Below are positions 52,301-57,407 of a stretch of DNA of 64,000 nucleotides, piece by piece. Every line of letters starts with the position of its first letter. Positions within the stretch are counted from its first letter, which is position 1. The stretch lies in contig JBDWCD010000010.1 in assembly GCA_039977975.1 (NCBI GenBank), positions 20,939 to 84,938 of the forward strand, given 5' to 3'. A program made the translations under genes and the position numbers. The notes beneath the pieces were generated by a model. That model was not told where the DNA came from, made no database searches, and saw nothing but the letters and a program-made list of their open reading frames with translations. Source of the stretch: Rhizobiaceae bacterium (GTDB lineage: Bacteria > Pseudomonadota > Alphaproteobacteria > Rhizobiales > Rhizobiaceae).

Positions 52301-52440
52301 CGGGTGTTTCGATATTCGTAGAGGAGACGCCTGGATCTCCAACCCAGATTGCTGATGTTACATTTGCCACTTCAATTGACAGTGCCACATTCGACAGCGA
52401 AGCATTGTTTGCGGCAAATAACGGGGCGGTGACATCCTGA
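37372..52440 (+). CDS. Giant T1SS-secreted RTX/VCBS adhesin (~5,022 aa)
   Basis: Uninterrupted 15-kb ORF with a GGAG RBS before the ATG at 37372. No signal peptide; strongly Asp/Thr/Gly/Val-rich and depleted in Lys/Arg/Cys. FecR-like N-terminus, VCBS-type repeats, C-terminal RTX nonapeptides; directly follows the T1SS genes. Confidence 0.93.
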   Translation: MAVGNNTSGGTLPQSIRGDSTDSTRVVEADEGRLIIDNPELLFLGDFERQGDDLSISYGGETNLVIGYFANGTPANLEALNGAYLTAQAVNSLTGDPTAGQYAQAGGGGEPLQIGKVVKLEGSASTTSVSGTKNELEVGSPVFQGDVVETGADSSLGISFVDETVFSMSSDARMILDELIYDPANVENSSMAFNLVQGAFVFVTGEIAPTGNMAIETPVATMGIRGTTPRVVVNTALGVTEFTILPDPGSENVGSYTIVNKATGAIMGSVTAVADKWVVTGAFSDAVKITKSGLDLLEDQLALDEITDIFNRAASDRAELDGSTNYTNVAIDLSGGDDGEAGDDLAGDDGGTDVSVGVEDTPNQDDPPIAFDDDLFTDDSSPITVNLNVITGNNGQGVDIDPEGFPIILTQINGRNLSFVDGEAKFILPSGAVIKVTNNGGITYFPNEAYKFLGLGNVDIDQFEYTIQDQGGQTDRGVISVSLTGRNQQPLVLNVGSRDLSDTVIEGDDTGNAAPSLIAAGQLVISDPDASDQHSSVVVSDSVSWEKSDGTTDTSLGEVGSVALDLQESMQDDSPNLVFDLIQTNPPQPGVYGPLVSRPEEIRGTVDWTWTGSEADIDFLGVGEILTLVYEVTVTDDSGVGGGSEPASVTQLITIVLVGTNDGPTISSIVNASPDRDENELGPTIGSFEVTDVDVTDVVSITDVRLVSAENDGNQETPDPADLLDMFSPRSGDTISSGATVGTVNWQFTPNGETFDYLADGESLELTYAITLDDGKGGTVTQDIVVTINGLNDDPFTSDETDVDDSLSEISSLKTAGSFEVTDLDTSDTVSISGVTVATSEDDSDSALPNNGVLLAMFTPQSGTIIDDGSTVGVVNWSFNANGSNFDYLSSTEQLVLTYTVTFEDNSAAGASQATQLVEITITGTNSDPIVTGSTIAVSPLIETNDPLITTGTISFADTDTSDVVSITQIDVTTAGDTAGLTATLPQLDAMFTPQTATAVAGGANTGTVNWTFDSSTLPTAFNYLAVGESLVLNYEVTFSDNGGSGALTHNVAVTINGTNDGPTITATNGELQTRAEGSTATTTGSFSVEDLDHTDVVTVSQVKLITDLNDADEATPDHAALLAMLNVNAGDPVIANGATTGTVNWIFDPDGFPAPGTPDPELFSYLADGEELELTYEVTVTDSNGGSDTQQIVITVVGGNNAPQAASDSDAFDEGDTLATSGSIIVTDLDTSDVVSFDPSGVTVAVDGTYAGVDPLTMFTPTSGDVIGDKSTSGTIEWSFNAGGQSFEYLASGQEVEFTYTLPLTDGNSGAAAPTVVITITGTDDDPFVSAETGSAQSQFGEPTTPALAGSFTISDVDTTDSVNIGEITDGAAAGTVTVTTSGPLNSGGEPTVDKLADLLSFGATPVGTDNPNTVNWTFEVPAVDNPFEYLGLGESLELTYSVPYSDSGVPTGTSDVHEIVITVHGTNSGPVIVEADSGPNVISATIDEDAALTAVGKFGVEDANITDVLTISEVRLITSGADGHEATPDHADLLAMFSTVNNTPTTNEINWNFNAVDPDAFDYLSGITEDLILTYTVVLEDGKGGRITEDVVITINGVNNVTTVDNRTNSGLALNETEGGLMTMGSFDVHDVDTSDIIAITGVSVDTAGTSAGVVYPPGTNITTLLEGMFSQQSSAVISNTANDGTVNWAFNAGHDAFDFLAAGQDLVATYTVTLTGGVTETVVITISGTNDLPFVSATGVVDATLSETSLLSSSGTFDVTDVDLPDVVSVDTITVTTSGDVGGTAPNGVPDGTALLAMFSTTSSTAVAAGTDTGTVAWDFDGTTTANAFEYLAAGESVVLTYHVPFSDADGGGSQDIVITVTGTNDLPFVSATGTVTDTLSESSPLLSTGTFDVTDVDTSDEVSVDAITVVPSGDLGGVPSNAALLAMFSTVSAIAVTDTQDVGTVTWNFDGTTTPGAFDYLAAGESLLLTYTVALDDGNGGTTSQNVTITVDGVNEGPALATTGNVVSAGLTEGGMLMANGVFGVTDSDTSNTVQTLNSGADLVTVSAVGDIGTLTNADLLNMFTPEIGTIVDGTSNSGTASWSFNAGDETFGYLSDGETLVVTYSIPVEDSTGASFMQSVDITITGVNNAPSVIANPLFASAFDGLAAQDTGGAGNPYVTQLLTNDGANNFVVTQPGTPAVRASDIALGDFDNDGDLDAFTGVYFGDGQLMINQGGAQGGVEGVFNTSTFVQGSLNSLGGFDPTYTLDVEIGDVTGDGFVDILIANWNGQANQLLTNDGAGGFAVSVLPGGSLSTRDIRLGDIDADGDLDAILTTDNGTNQLLTNLGGTQGGTEGTFAASFLPSAVNQLASLSVGIDIGDVNGDGHLDVLIASTLDQNELLLGNGAGGFTTGVLAGGNRDSTSIRLGDLDGDGDLDAFVTNIDGQANQVLINQGGTQGGTLGTFVASDVAGGNQNSSAVTLVDVDQDGDLDAIVSNNDYSPIVDQTNKLLINDGTGVFTAITLPDGNMPTNNIAIGDLDGDGTVAAVNADGLPNLYSGLNVGILVPELAATLTETGAGLSTSGSFLVSDGDAGETISLTAGLAVSESGTTAGLGLNNAQLLALFSPAIAANQVDWTFDSSAQGNAFDYLNSGESLVLTYTVPFQDNSGSATAAGAQDVVITINGINDVIAYAAPDASPTTGQFVIEAGDDDAGTPTLGTPAAAGGTFATANPADPATVVWTQTSATDTYGSFTLDAAGNWGYSIDNALGVTEALSENQVETETLEGSVTYNEVKTTSFSIAVTETNLGDILIEPVDEFPAVDLAFDGVFTHLTESESAGTITVIGTNGTLELTVATGAWTFTPFGGAPASYSENFDFDYAYTSTTTHTEPVSQTVDVHGTNDGPEIVLGPTDTVISGSVTEDAGTPTTVSGGLSATDDDSDASLVWTVDNGFGAFGNLVVNDTNDGWTYTLDDSNPIVNGLAAGDPALTDTFNLRVTDNHGATQTQVVTITINGADDQPVFNVAASDLSGTVVEQDENIVATPVFGGIAGLTVDPTSDFSLANAQIETGTSSDATDNVVNGPVGSLLAYTATGLTSGEGSAPGHPGFGGTDYDLFNLNDGDANSAGGDGFHAIPNAGANSLVLDLGSEQTIYSIAIYNGYTNRDDGTYTLKDGDGNILGNWTISGTPLPGAPNNPVHSFWLTFDQPVTTDTLVFDTTTTDFDGGQHTNSYREIEIYGVPPLTESGEIAFNDVDTDVALLTVGTITASVGALGVLEATIDAPDSEIDWSYSVQLEDIQYLAHGETKVETFEIPLFDGTNTVTETVTITLKGTNDDPFVSSTGVISGILGEDSSLAAAGSFQVTDVDLLDTVSTGAVTVAATGVTDGMPAATQTALASMMMPVTGTSVIDGSTTVGTVNWSFDGSGSSFDYLANGESLILTYTIPFTDGMGGDGSQEVVITITGADDATSVTNTATPLNLDETEGALGPFAGSFTVDDDDVSGLVIISDVNVTTTGSTATALPADILTILDGMFTATPETVIDGTSVMGTVNWTFDAGTDAFDFLGVGEVLTANFTVQMIGATDQTIVVNITGTNEAPLVSMADNAGDLLTDEGRNLVETDSALTTSGSFEITDLDVTDTVDVGAVVVATTSGTTTGLPINTDLANMLVPTPTTDVVDGSSTTGTVDWTFTSGAADFDYLAAGQTVTIVYTIPFTDGNAAGSETVTITVKGTNDVPTITGVTGDEQTMVESATAVLEGTIGVSDVDITDAVSISDVQLVTTGNDGDPATPTPAILLGMFTPKTGIEVASGSTTGTIDWDFDPGSNNFDYLAPGEDLVLTYTIVLDDGNGGTVSEEVEITIQGGNNGPTVSVQTDVAETFTEAPDLQTTGSFVLSDLDTSDVVMVTGVTVAAVESNPVALNPATPLLADLDDMFVPQSATIVDGVSNTGTVFWSFNANGESFAYLADGESLVVTYSVAYQDDNLATGSQDVTITINGTNSLPVVTSDTNPTPVLTETDAGLMTSGVISFADVDTTDIVTVSTPVSFARGGDVAGIPVSDAQLTAMFSLASTSAITDTQTTGTVGWTFNSSTHPAAFDYLAVGESLELTYTVTFADDSGSGDQTHDVFITINGTNDGPEFTAVIGDDTPDFTEGPVPASASGSFVFTDADASDVVTITEVRVMTGLVDNDGATPNATALLGMLNAVTAVDNSGAEPVHTVDWTFTPGTTFEYLADGEMLTINYEIIIDDDNGGTASENVAVTIIGTNSAPIVSALTDVDETLSETSPLNTTGSFELTDVDTTDEVSIDSVDVVTSGDDGDLATPLPAALGPMFVTQLGTVIDGASNTGVVNWSFNANGETFDYLAVGETLTIDYTVNFSDNHSTPATGSQLVRIMITGTNDLPVITATTNATPTLIETNATLVTDGSIDFADADTSDEVTITNVAVVESGAIADLPPGLDLGAMFSLVSTDAVAVGANTGTVEWDFSSGAEVFNYLAVGESLVLTYTLTFSDGTVAGTFTEDVVITINGTNDGPTISNVSGDTFAMSEGTLAPVIGDFDVTDLDVSDVVSVREVLLETSELDGAQATPDTIDLIAMFTLVPGNAIEDTTTTGDVNWTFNPGSETFEYLSVGESLVLTYTIVLEDHNGATVSQNIEITINGSNNAPTITATTFVSDTMDETDGVLATSGSFDIQDVDTTDEVTVSDVEVLTDDITGLVPSDIDLLAMFSPDSGQLEIDGDNIDGTVFWAFNAGTEAFDYLGDGDSLELTYRLTIEDDNGEFTKQDVVLTINGTNDSAVIGGDLTGAAAEDSGIILTGRVTATDLDNPDNMFVADSGDATFGSYTIDVDGNWTYTLDDGNPLVDGLTLVSDAITDSFTVTSEDGTTETVEISITDDPLVGTPAGETIIGGLNDDIILGGAGGDTLFGAAGKDLLNGGEGNDFLQGGGGADIFQFTDLNLSLDEVVDFEYEVDSLDLDALLDAGMTATVSETESGGQVTGVSIFVEETPGSPTQIADVTFATSIDSATFDSEALFAANNGAVTS
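37711..38230 (+). other. FecR-like / retention-module-like domain of the adhesin
   Basis: IGKVVKLEG..GSPVFQGDVVETGADSSLGISFVDETVFSM...LVQGAFVFVTG...IETPVATMGIRGT. Domain boundaries are approximate. Confidence 0.8.
43939..44952 (+). repeat. Seven FG-GAP repeats (probable 7-bladed beta-propeller)
   Basis: GDFDNDGDLD, GDVTGDGFVD, GDIDADGDLD, GDVNGDGHLD, GDLDGDGDLD, VDVDQDGDLD, GDLDGDG. Confidence 0.85.
46441..47040 (+). other. Discoidin/F5-8 type C (CBM32-like) domain inserted in the adhesin
   Basis: LNDGD...LVLDLGSEQTIYSIAIYN..R...TFDQPVTT..L...SYREIEIYG pattern. Confidence 0.6.
52006..52440 (+). repeat. RTX Ca2+-binding nonapeptides and C-terminal T1SS secretion signal region
   Basis: GGLNDDIIL GGAGGDTLF GAAGKDLLN GGEGNDFLQ GGGGADIFQF, then D.VVDF....D.LDL..LL. 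Confidence 0.92.
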
Positions 52441-53795
52441 TGCAACGACGGTTATTGGGCCATGTCGGTAGGGGCGTATTGGCGCTTGTGTTGATCACCT
52501 GTTTGAGTCTGACAGCCAGAGCGGCCAACAATGAGGCTGTTGGCTTGGCGCTCAAGGAATTGATTTCAAATCCAAATTTGAAAACCGGATCGGCTACCGC
52601 TGACGCAAATATCGCTGATATCAAAGCCTTTTATGCCAGCCGCAGTTTCAAGCCGATCTGGAGCCGCGACACCGGTCCCAAGGGCAAGGCCAAGGCGCTT
52701 CTGGGAGAGCTGAAAGCATCCACCGTCCATGGCCTGTTGCCGGACTTCTACGGGGTTGGCGAAATCGCAAATCTGATGAAAAGTCTGGAACCCGCCGACC
52801 TGGCGCGCATGGATTTTCTATTCTCCGGCGCGCTGGTGGATTTCAGCCATGACCTGCTCAACGGTCGGCTGACCAATCTGGCAAGCTATGAGCGCAACCG
52901 CGTTGACCCGGTCCGACTGGACCCGGCTGCACTCATTGAAAAAGCTGCAGCGGCCGGCAATCTGCGCACCATGTTGGCTGAGATTGTAGGCGATGACCGG
53001 CGTTACCTGCGGCTGGTCGCCAAAATGATTGAATATGTGCGTCTGGAACAATCCCGCCACTGGCCGACAAAGATCGGCAAAGCGGATTTCGCCAAACTGC
53101 GCCGCCTGTTGGCACTGACCGGCGATTTGCCCTTTGATCAGATGACTAAGAAGGGTCCCATTGATGCCACGCTCAGCGACGCTATCCGTTCCTATCAGGG
53201 GCGCATGGGTCTGCAGGCTGACGGCAAGCTGGGACCCGCAACTCTGGAAGAGCTGAACACGCCGTTAAGCGCGCGCATTCAGCGCATCAAAGTCAATCTG
53301 GAACGCCGCCGCTGGCAAAACCGCGCCACCGATCAAAAACTGTTCTACCTGAACATGGTTGATGGGCAGTTGAAGCTGACCATCAATGACAAGACCCGAG
53401 CTTTGACCGGTGTATCACTGGGCGAGGCACAGCATAAACTGCCGACCTTTTATGGCACGATCACCGGTGCCAGATCATCGGATTCAAATGGGCAGGGCAA
53501 TGTTGAGCTGGTTTACGATGCCGGCGAGAGTGCTGGTGATGGTCTGCGTTTCGGCAGTCTGGTGCTGAACGATGGCAATCAAGGCGCCATCACTTTGCTG
53601 GAAGAAGCCATCGATGCCACTGACAAAGCCGCATTGGCAGAATTCAAGTCGAATGGCGGCGAGTTGAAACTCGCCAGGCCCATCGACCTGTTTGTCACCT
53701 ATCTGACCGTTTGGGCGACTCGCAACGGCAAGATTCAGTTTCGCCCGGACATATTTCAGCGCGACGCCAAAGTCATTGATGAACTGGGGCTTTAG
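52440..53795 (+). CDS. YcbB-type L,D-transpeptidase homologue lacking the catalytic motif
   Basis: Signal peptide; scaffold FYASRSFKPIW..HGL.P..Y; PG-binding AIRSYQGRMGLQADGKLGPATLEELN; NLERRRW; C-terminal TYLTVW...G.IQFRPDIFQRD. No HxxxxxxxSHGC motif and no Cys in the mature protein. Confidence 0.8.
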   Translation: MQRRLLGHVGRGVLALVLITCLSLTARAANNEAVGLALKELISNPNLKTGSATADANIADIKAFYASRSFKPIWSRDTGPKGKAKALLGELKASTVHGLLPDFYGVGEIANLMKSLEPADLARMDFLFSGALVDFSHDLLNGRLTNLASYERNRVDPVRLDPAALIEKAAAAGNLRTMLAEIVGDDRRYLRLVAKMIEYVRLEQSRHWPTKIGKADFAKLRRLLALTGDLPFDQMTKKGPIDATLSDAIRSYQGRMGLQADGKLGPATLEELNTPLSARIQRIKVNLERRRWQNRATDQKLFYLNMVDGQLKLTINDKTRALTGVSLGEAQHKLPTFYGTITGARSSDSNGQGNVELVYDAGESAGDGLRFGSLVLNDGNQGAITLLEEAIDATDKAALAEFKSNGGELKLARPIDLFVTYLTVWATRNGKIQFRPDIFQRDAKVIDELGL

Positions 53796-53817
53796 ACCCC
53801 AGCCGCCCATTCTGTGC

Positions 53818-54228
53818 TCATCTTAGGATATGAACCGCACATTTGGCGTGACGCACGACCCGCGCAGCAGTGGAACCGAGGAAATAGTCCTCCAATCCCG
53901 GCTTGTGCGAGGCAATAACGATGCAATCGGTATTATGTTCCTCGCCATAGTCCAATATGGCCCGGCTTGAATGGCCCTTGATGACGTCGCTGTGGGCGCT
54001 TGGCTGATACTTGGCGACAAATTCCTTGATGCCCTTTTGGGCAGATTTGACCGAATTGGCCCAGACTTCCTTGGGAATCATTGTCGCGGCATAGGAAGGA
54101 ATTTCTTCAACCACATGCAACAGCGTTACTTTGCCATTTTCTGCGAGAAGCTCATTGGCCACGGCCAGCGCCTTTTCCACGGCTGGCTCGTGCTCAAAGA
54201 CCACGGGGACAAGAATATTGGAATACAT
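53818..54228 (-). CDS. Universal stress protein
   Basis: MYSNILVPV, DCIVIASHKPGLEDYFLGSTAARVVRHAKCAVHILR. Confidence 0.93.
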   Translation of the reverse strand: MYSNILVPVVFEHEPAVEKALAVANELLAENGKVTLLHVVEEIPSYAATMIPKEVWANSVKSAQKGIKEFVAKYQPSAHSDVIKGHSSRAILDYGEEHNTDCIVIASHKPGLEDYFLGSTAARVVRHAKCAVHILR

Positions 54229-54285
54229 GACGCAGATCCTTTCTCAGTTGATGATCTACAATGCCATCAATGGACAAGGCCCGGT

Positions 54286-54299
54286 ATGATCTAGGTCAA
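54286..54299 (-). promoter_or_regulatory. FNR/FixK-like box upstream of the USP gene
   Basis: TTGAC-CTAG-ATCAT on the minus strand versus the consensus TTGAT-N4-ATCAA, about 60 nt upstream of the start. Confidence 0.45.
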
Positions 54300-54349
54300 T
54301 GAACGCGATAGTCGCATTCAGCACTCATTTGACGTTGTTTTGGACCGCA

Positions 54350-55054
54350 TCAGTCGCGCAGGGTCAGCCGGTCGCCACGCTTTTCGTAAGAGTGGAGCGA
54401 CTCTAAAAACTGCTGGCCCAACAGGCTTTTGCCCAGTCTGCCAGGTTCGGCGACCAGCACATTCATGCCGCGCCGTTCGATGCCACCAAGATAGAAGTGA
54501 TCAATCCGTGCTCTCGCCGCGCGCCCGGTACCATTGGCGGTCTGGGTGCGGATTGAATAGCTGAGATCGTCGACCCCGATCCCGGCCGCACGGGCGTCAT
54601 CATAGCTGAGCACGATTGAACTGGCGCCGGTATCGACAAGAAAGCGGATGCTTTGTTCATTGACCCCGGCAGTGGCCTCAAAATGACCATTGTCAGCCCG
54701 GATCAGCGTCACAATCCGGCGTCCGCTGTCGTCGGTGGCCGAAATCGGGCTGCCGGGAATGACACCACCGCTGAACCGCGAGGCGATGTCCTGCAGGTCA
54801 AACCGGAACACATAGGCAGCCATCAGTGCCAGGATGATCAGGATCCATATGCCGATCTGCTTGATGGTTTCCCAGATGCCGGTGCCGCGGCCAAACACCG
54901 CCGAACCGATCAGCAAGGCCCACAGGGCAGATACCGCCGCTGTTCCGATCCGGTTGCTTTCAAAGCCCAGGGTCGTGCCGGTATCGCCACTGGCGATCAA
55001 CAGGATCAGCACCAGGCCCATCAGGCCGACAAGAACCCAAAAAAAACGGCCCAT
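54350..55054 (-). CDS. TIGR02281-type clan AA (retropepsin-like) aspartic protease
   Basis: N-terminal TM segments; ADNGHF, FLVDTGAS, TQTANG, SLLGQQFL. Confidence 0.9.
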   Translation of the reverse strand: MGRFFWVLVGLMGLVLILLIASGDTGTTLGFESNRIGTAAVSALWALLIGSAVFGRGTGIWETIKQIGIWILIILALMAAYVFRFDLQDIASRFSGGVIPGSPISATDDSGRRIVTLIRADNGHFEATAGVNEQSIRFLVDTGASSIVLSYDDARAAGIGVDDLSYSIRTQTANGTGRAARARIDHFYLGGIERRGMNVLVAEPGRLGKSLLGQQFLESLHSYEKRGDRLTLRD

Positions 55055-55314
55055 CAGGAAGAAATGTCCAGCACGTCGCGTCGCTTGGTGTCTCCGCGCA
55101 TCCGTGCCCGGCGTGTCACCCGCCTGGGGCGGCGTTCCAGTTTGGAAACCCGGGCCGGCAGCTCTTCCATGATCGCATCACGCAATTGCGGGGAGAAATT
55201 CACCCAGCCGGCAATTTCGTCGCGCGAACGGCCGCAGCCGTAGCAATGGCCGGAGTCCGGCTCGATTGCACACACGAGAATACAGGGAGATTTGATCGGG
55301 GCTGAAGTATCCAT
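55054..55314 (-). CDS. DUF1289 family protein
   Basis: IKSPCILVCAI..DSGHCYGCGRSRDEIAGW. Confidence 0.88.
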   Translation of the reverse strand: MDTSAPIKSPCILVCAIEPDSGHCYGCGRSRDEIAGWVNFSPQLRDAIMEELPARVSKLERRPRRVTRRARMRGDTKRRDVLDISS

Positions 55315-55319
55315 TGTTC

Positions 55320-56156
55320 TTACATAGTCCAAACCAGGCCCAGCAAAAGCCCCAATTCCGACAATTGTTGCGTCGCACCTAAAGTATCACCGGTGTGACC
55401 ATCAATGTGATGCTTACACAAGGCGATTACCGCCATCACCGCCAATTGCAGCCCGGCCAGTGCGATCAGTGTAGAAAACAGGCCGCAGACCCACAACAGT
55501 AACAGAACCGCGGGCAGGGCGGCCAGACTGCCCCAAATCAAGGTGTCGGTGTCAGGCACACCATAGCGGGCAGAAAGCCCTGACAGCTGTTTTTCACCTG
55601 TTTGGGGAACAACCTCCGTGTCATCATCAGAACTTGGGCGCGCGGGCAGCAACAGCGTCCAGGGTTGCAATATGGCCGCCCGGCTCAAACTGGCACTGGT
55701 CAGCACGACCAGGGCTGCCGCAAGTCCGCCCACGGAATCGATCAGATAGGTGAGCAGGACGACCCGCAACAAGATGGTGACCACCAGGCCGAGCACCCCA
55801 TAGGTGCCGATCGTGCTGTCGCGCATGATATCCAGCTTGCGCTGCCGGCTGTGGCCGCCCCAGAATCCGTCGACAGTATCGGCCAGCCCGTCTTCATGCA
55901 GCGCGCCGGTGATAATGACCATAGTGGCGATGCTCAAAAGAGCCGAAACACTGGCTGGCATTCCGGTGGCGAAAGTTATCCACAAAATCAGTGCAGCGGG
56001 CAGGGCAATGATAAGTCCGGCAAATGCAAAGCAACGCGAAGACTGAGAGAAGTCGGGCAGGGCAGTTTGTGCAGAATAAGACATCGGTAGTCGCGACAGA
56101 AACAGAACGCTGCTGCGCGTGTCTGCAATTAATCCCTGAATCACGTTGACCTCCAA
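55320..56156 (-). CDS. cobS: Adenosylcobinamide-GDP ribazoletransferase
   Basis: FLSRLP, TGALHEDGLADTVDGFWGG, LDIMRDSTIGTYG, GHTGDTLGA. Confidence 0.95.
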   Translation of the reverse strand: MEVNVIQGLIADTRSSVLFLSRLPMSYSAQTALPDFSQSSRCFAFAGLIIALPAALILWITFATGMPASVSALLSIATMVIITGALHEDGLADTVDGFWGGHSRQRKLDIMRDSTIGTYGVLGLVVTILLRVVLLTYLIDSVGGLAAALVVLTSASLSRAAILQPWTLLLPARPSSDDDTEVVPQTGEKQLSGLSARYGVPDTDTLIWGSLAALPAVLLLLWVCGLFSTLIALAGLQLAVMAVIALCKHHIDGHTGDTLGATQQLSELGLLLGLVWTM

Positions 56157-56266
56157 TTGTTGGTGTCACAAGTATTCGGCCACGATCTCTGGGACGCTGT
56201 TATTCGACCGGTCGGTCGGGTTATAGCCCACCCCCAGCCCCATGCAATTGTTTCTTCAGAGGTTCC

Positions 56267-57286
56267 ATGTCCACCACCGCTCTGCCTTTCGACGATATCC
56301 GCGCCCTGTTCAAGTCGCTGCCGGGTCCAGATACCCATGCGGCCCAGATGGTCGCTGAGCGCGATGCACAACTAACCAAGCCGCCAGGTGCACTGGGCAA
56401 GCTGGAAGATCTGGCAGAATGGCTGGCCGCCTGGACCGGCAGAAAGCCTCAGGTCACGCGTCCGCTGGTTGCTATTTTTGCCGGCAATCACGGGGTTACC
56501 CAACAAGGTGTGTCGCCATTTCCTGCAGAAGTCACCGCCCAGATGGTCGCCAATTTCACCAATGGCGGCGCGGCCATCAACCAGATCTGCATCGCACATG
56601 ATCTGGGACTGAAAGTATTCGACCTGGCGCTGGAAATTCCCACCAAGGATATTTCAGTCGAAGCGGCGATGGATGAGCGCACCTGCGCGGCAACCATGGC
56701 CTTTGGCATGGAAAGCATTGCCGGCGGAACCGACCTGTTGTGCATCGGCGAAATGGGCATCGGCAACACGACCATTGCCTCGGCCATCTATTTGGCGCTG
56801 TTTGGCGGCACAGCGGAAGAATGGGTCGGACCAGGCACCGGCCATGATCCGGCCGGTGTTGCGCTGAAGGCCGATGTAATCAGCCGGGCGGTCAAACTGC
56901 ATGAAGATCATCTGGGTGACCCACTGGAAGTTCTGCGGCGCCTCGGCGGGCGCGAAATTGCCGCCATGGCCGGCGCCATCCTTGCCGGGCGCGTGCAGCG
57001 CATTCCCGTTGTCATTGACGGATTTGTGGCAAGTGCGGCCGCAGCGGTGCTCTATGCAGCGGATTCCACCAGTCTCGACCATTGCATCTTTGCCCATGTG
57101 TCAGCAGAGCCCGCTCACCAGAAGGCATTGCAGGCGATGAACAAAACCGCATTGCTCAATCTCGATATGCGCCTGGGCGAAGGGACAGGTGCTGCACTGG
57201 CCGCCGGTATCATCAAGGCCGCAGCCCTGTGCCACACTGGCATGGCGACCTTTGCGGAGGCGGCGGTCAGCGGCAAAGAGGCCTGA
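56267..57286 (+). CDS. cobT: Nicotinate-nucleotide--dimethylbenzimidazole phosphoribosyltransferase
   Basis: LTKPPGALGKLE, FAGNHGV, GEMGIGNTT, GGREIAAMAG, MRLGEGTGA. Confidence 0.96.
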   Translation: MSTTALPFDDIRALFKSLPGPDTHAAQMVAERDAQLTKPPGALGKLEDLAEWLAAWTGRKPQVTRPLVAIFAGNHGVTQQGVSPFPAEVTAQMVANFTNGGAAINQICIAHDLGLKVFDLALEIPTKDISVEAAMDERTCAATMAFGMESIAGGTDLLCIGEMGIGNTTIASAIYLALFGGTAEEWVGPGTGHDPAGVALKADVISRAVKLHEDHLGDPLEVLRRLGGREIAAMAGAILAGRVQRIPVVIDGFVASAAAAVLYAADSTSLDHCIFAHVSAEPAHQKALQAMNKTALLNLDMRLGEGTGAALAAGIIKAAALCHTGMATFAEAAVSGKEA

Positions 57287-57407
57287 TCAATGTCGGTCTG
57301 CGACTCAACTGTCGACACAGTTTGGTGAGAAATCTGCCGATTTATACGACATTGCGGTGAAAAAGCCCTATTCTTGCGGTTCAACACAACTGCAAGGGAG
57401 TGTCGTT

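Noticed and set aside
37414-52445. Numerous antisense and alternate-frame ORFs within the adhesin, macroglobulin and other long genes
   Set aside because: Shadow ORFs expected from GC-rich codon bias; they carry no motifs and fully overlap well-supported genes.
56157-56266. Cobalamin riboswitch between cobS and cobT
   Set aside because: The spacer is only ~110 nt and lacks recognisable B12-box motifs.
53818-57286. USP / aspartic protease / DUF1289 / cobS / cobT block as a novel system
   Set aside because: As I recall, this is a common Rhizobiales arrangement of known families.
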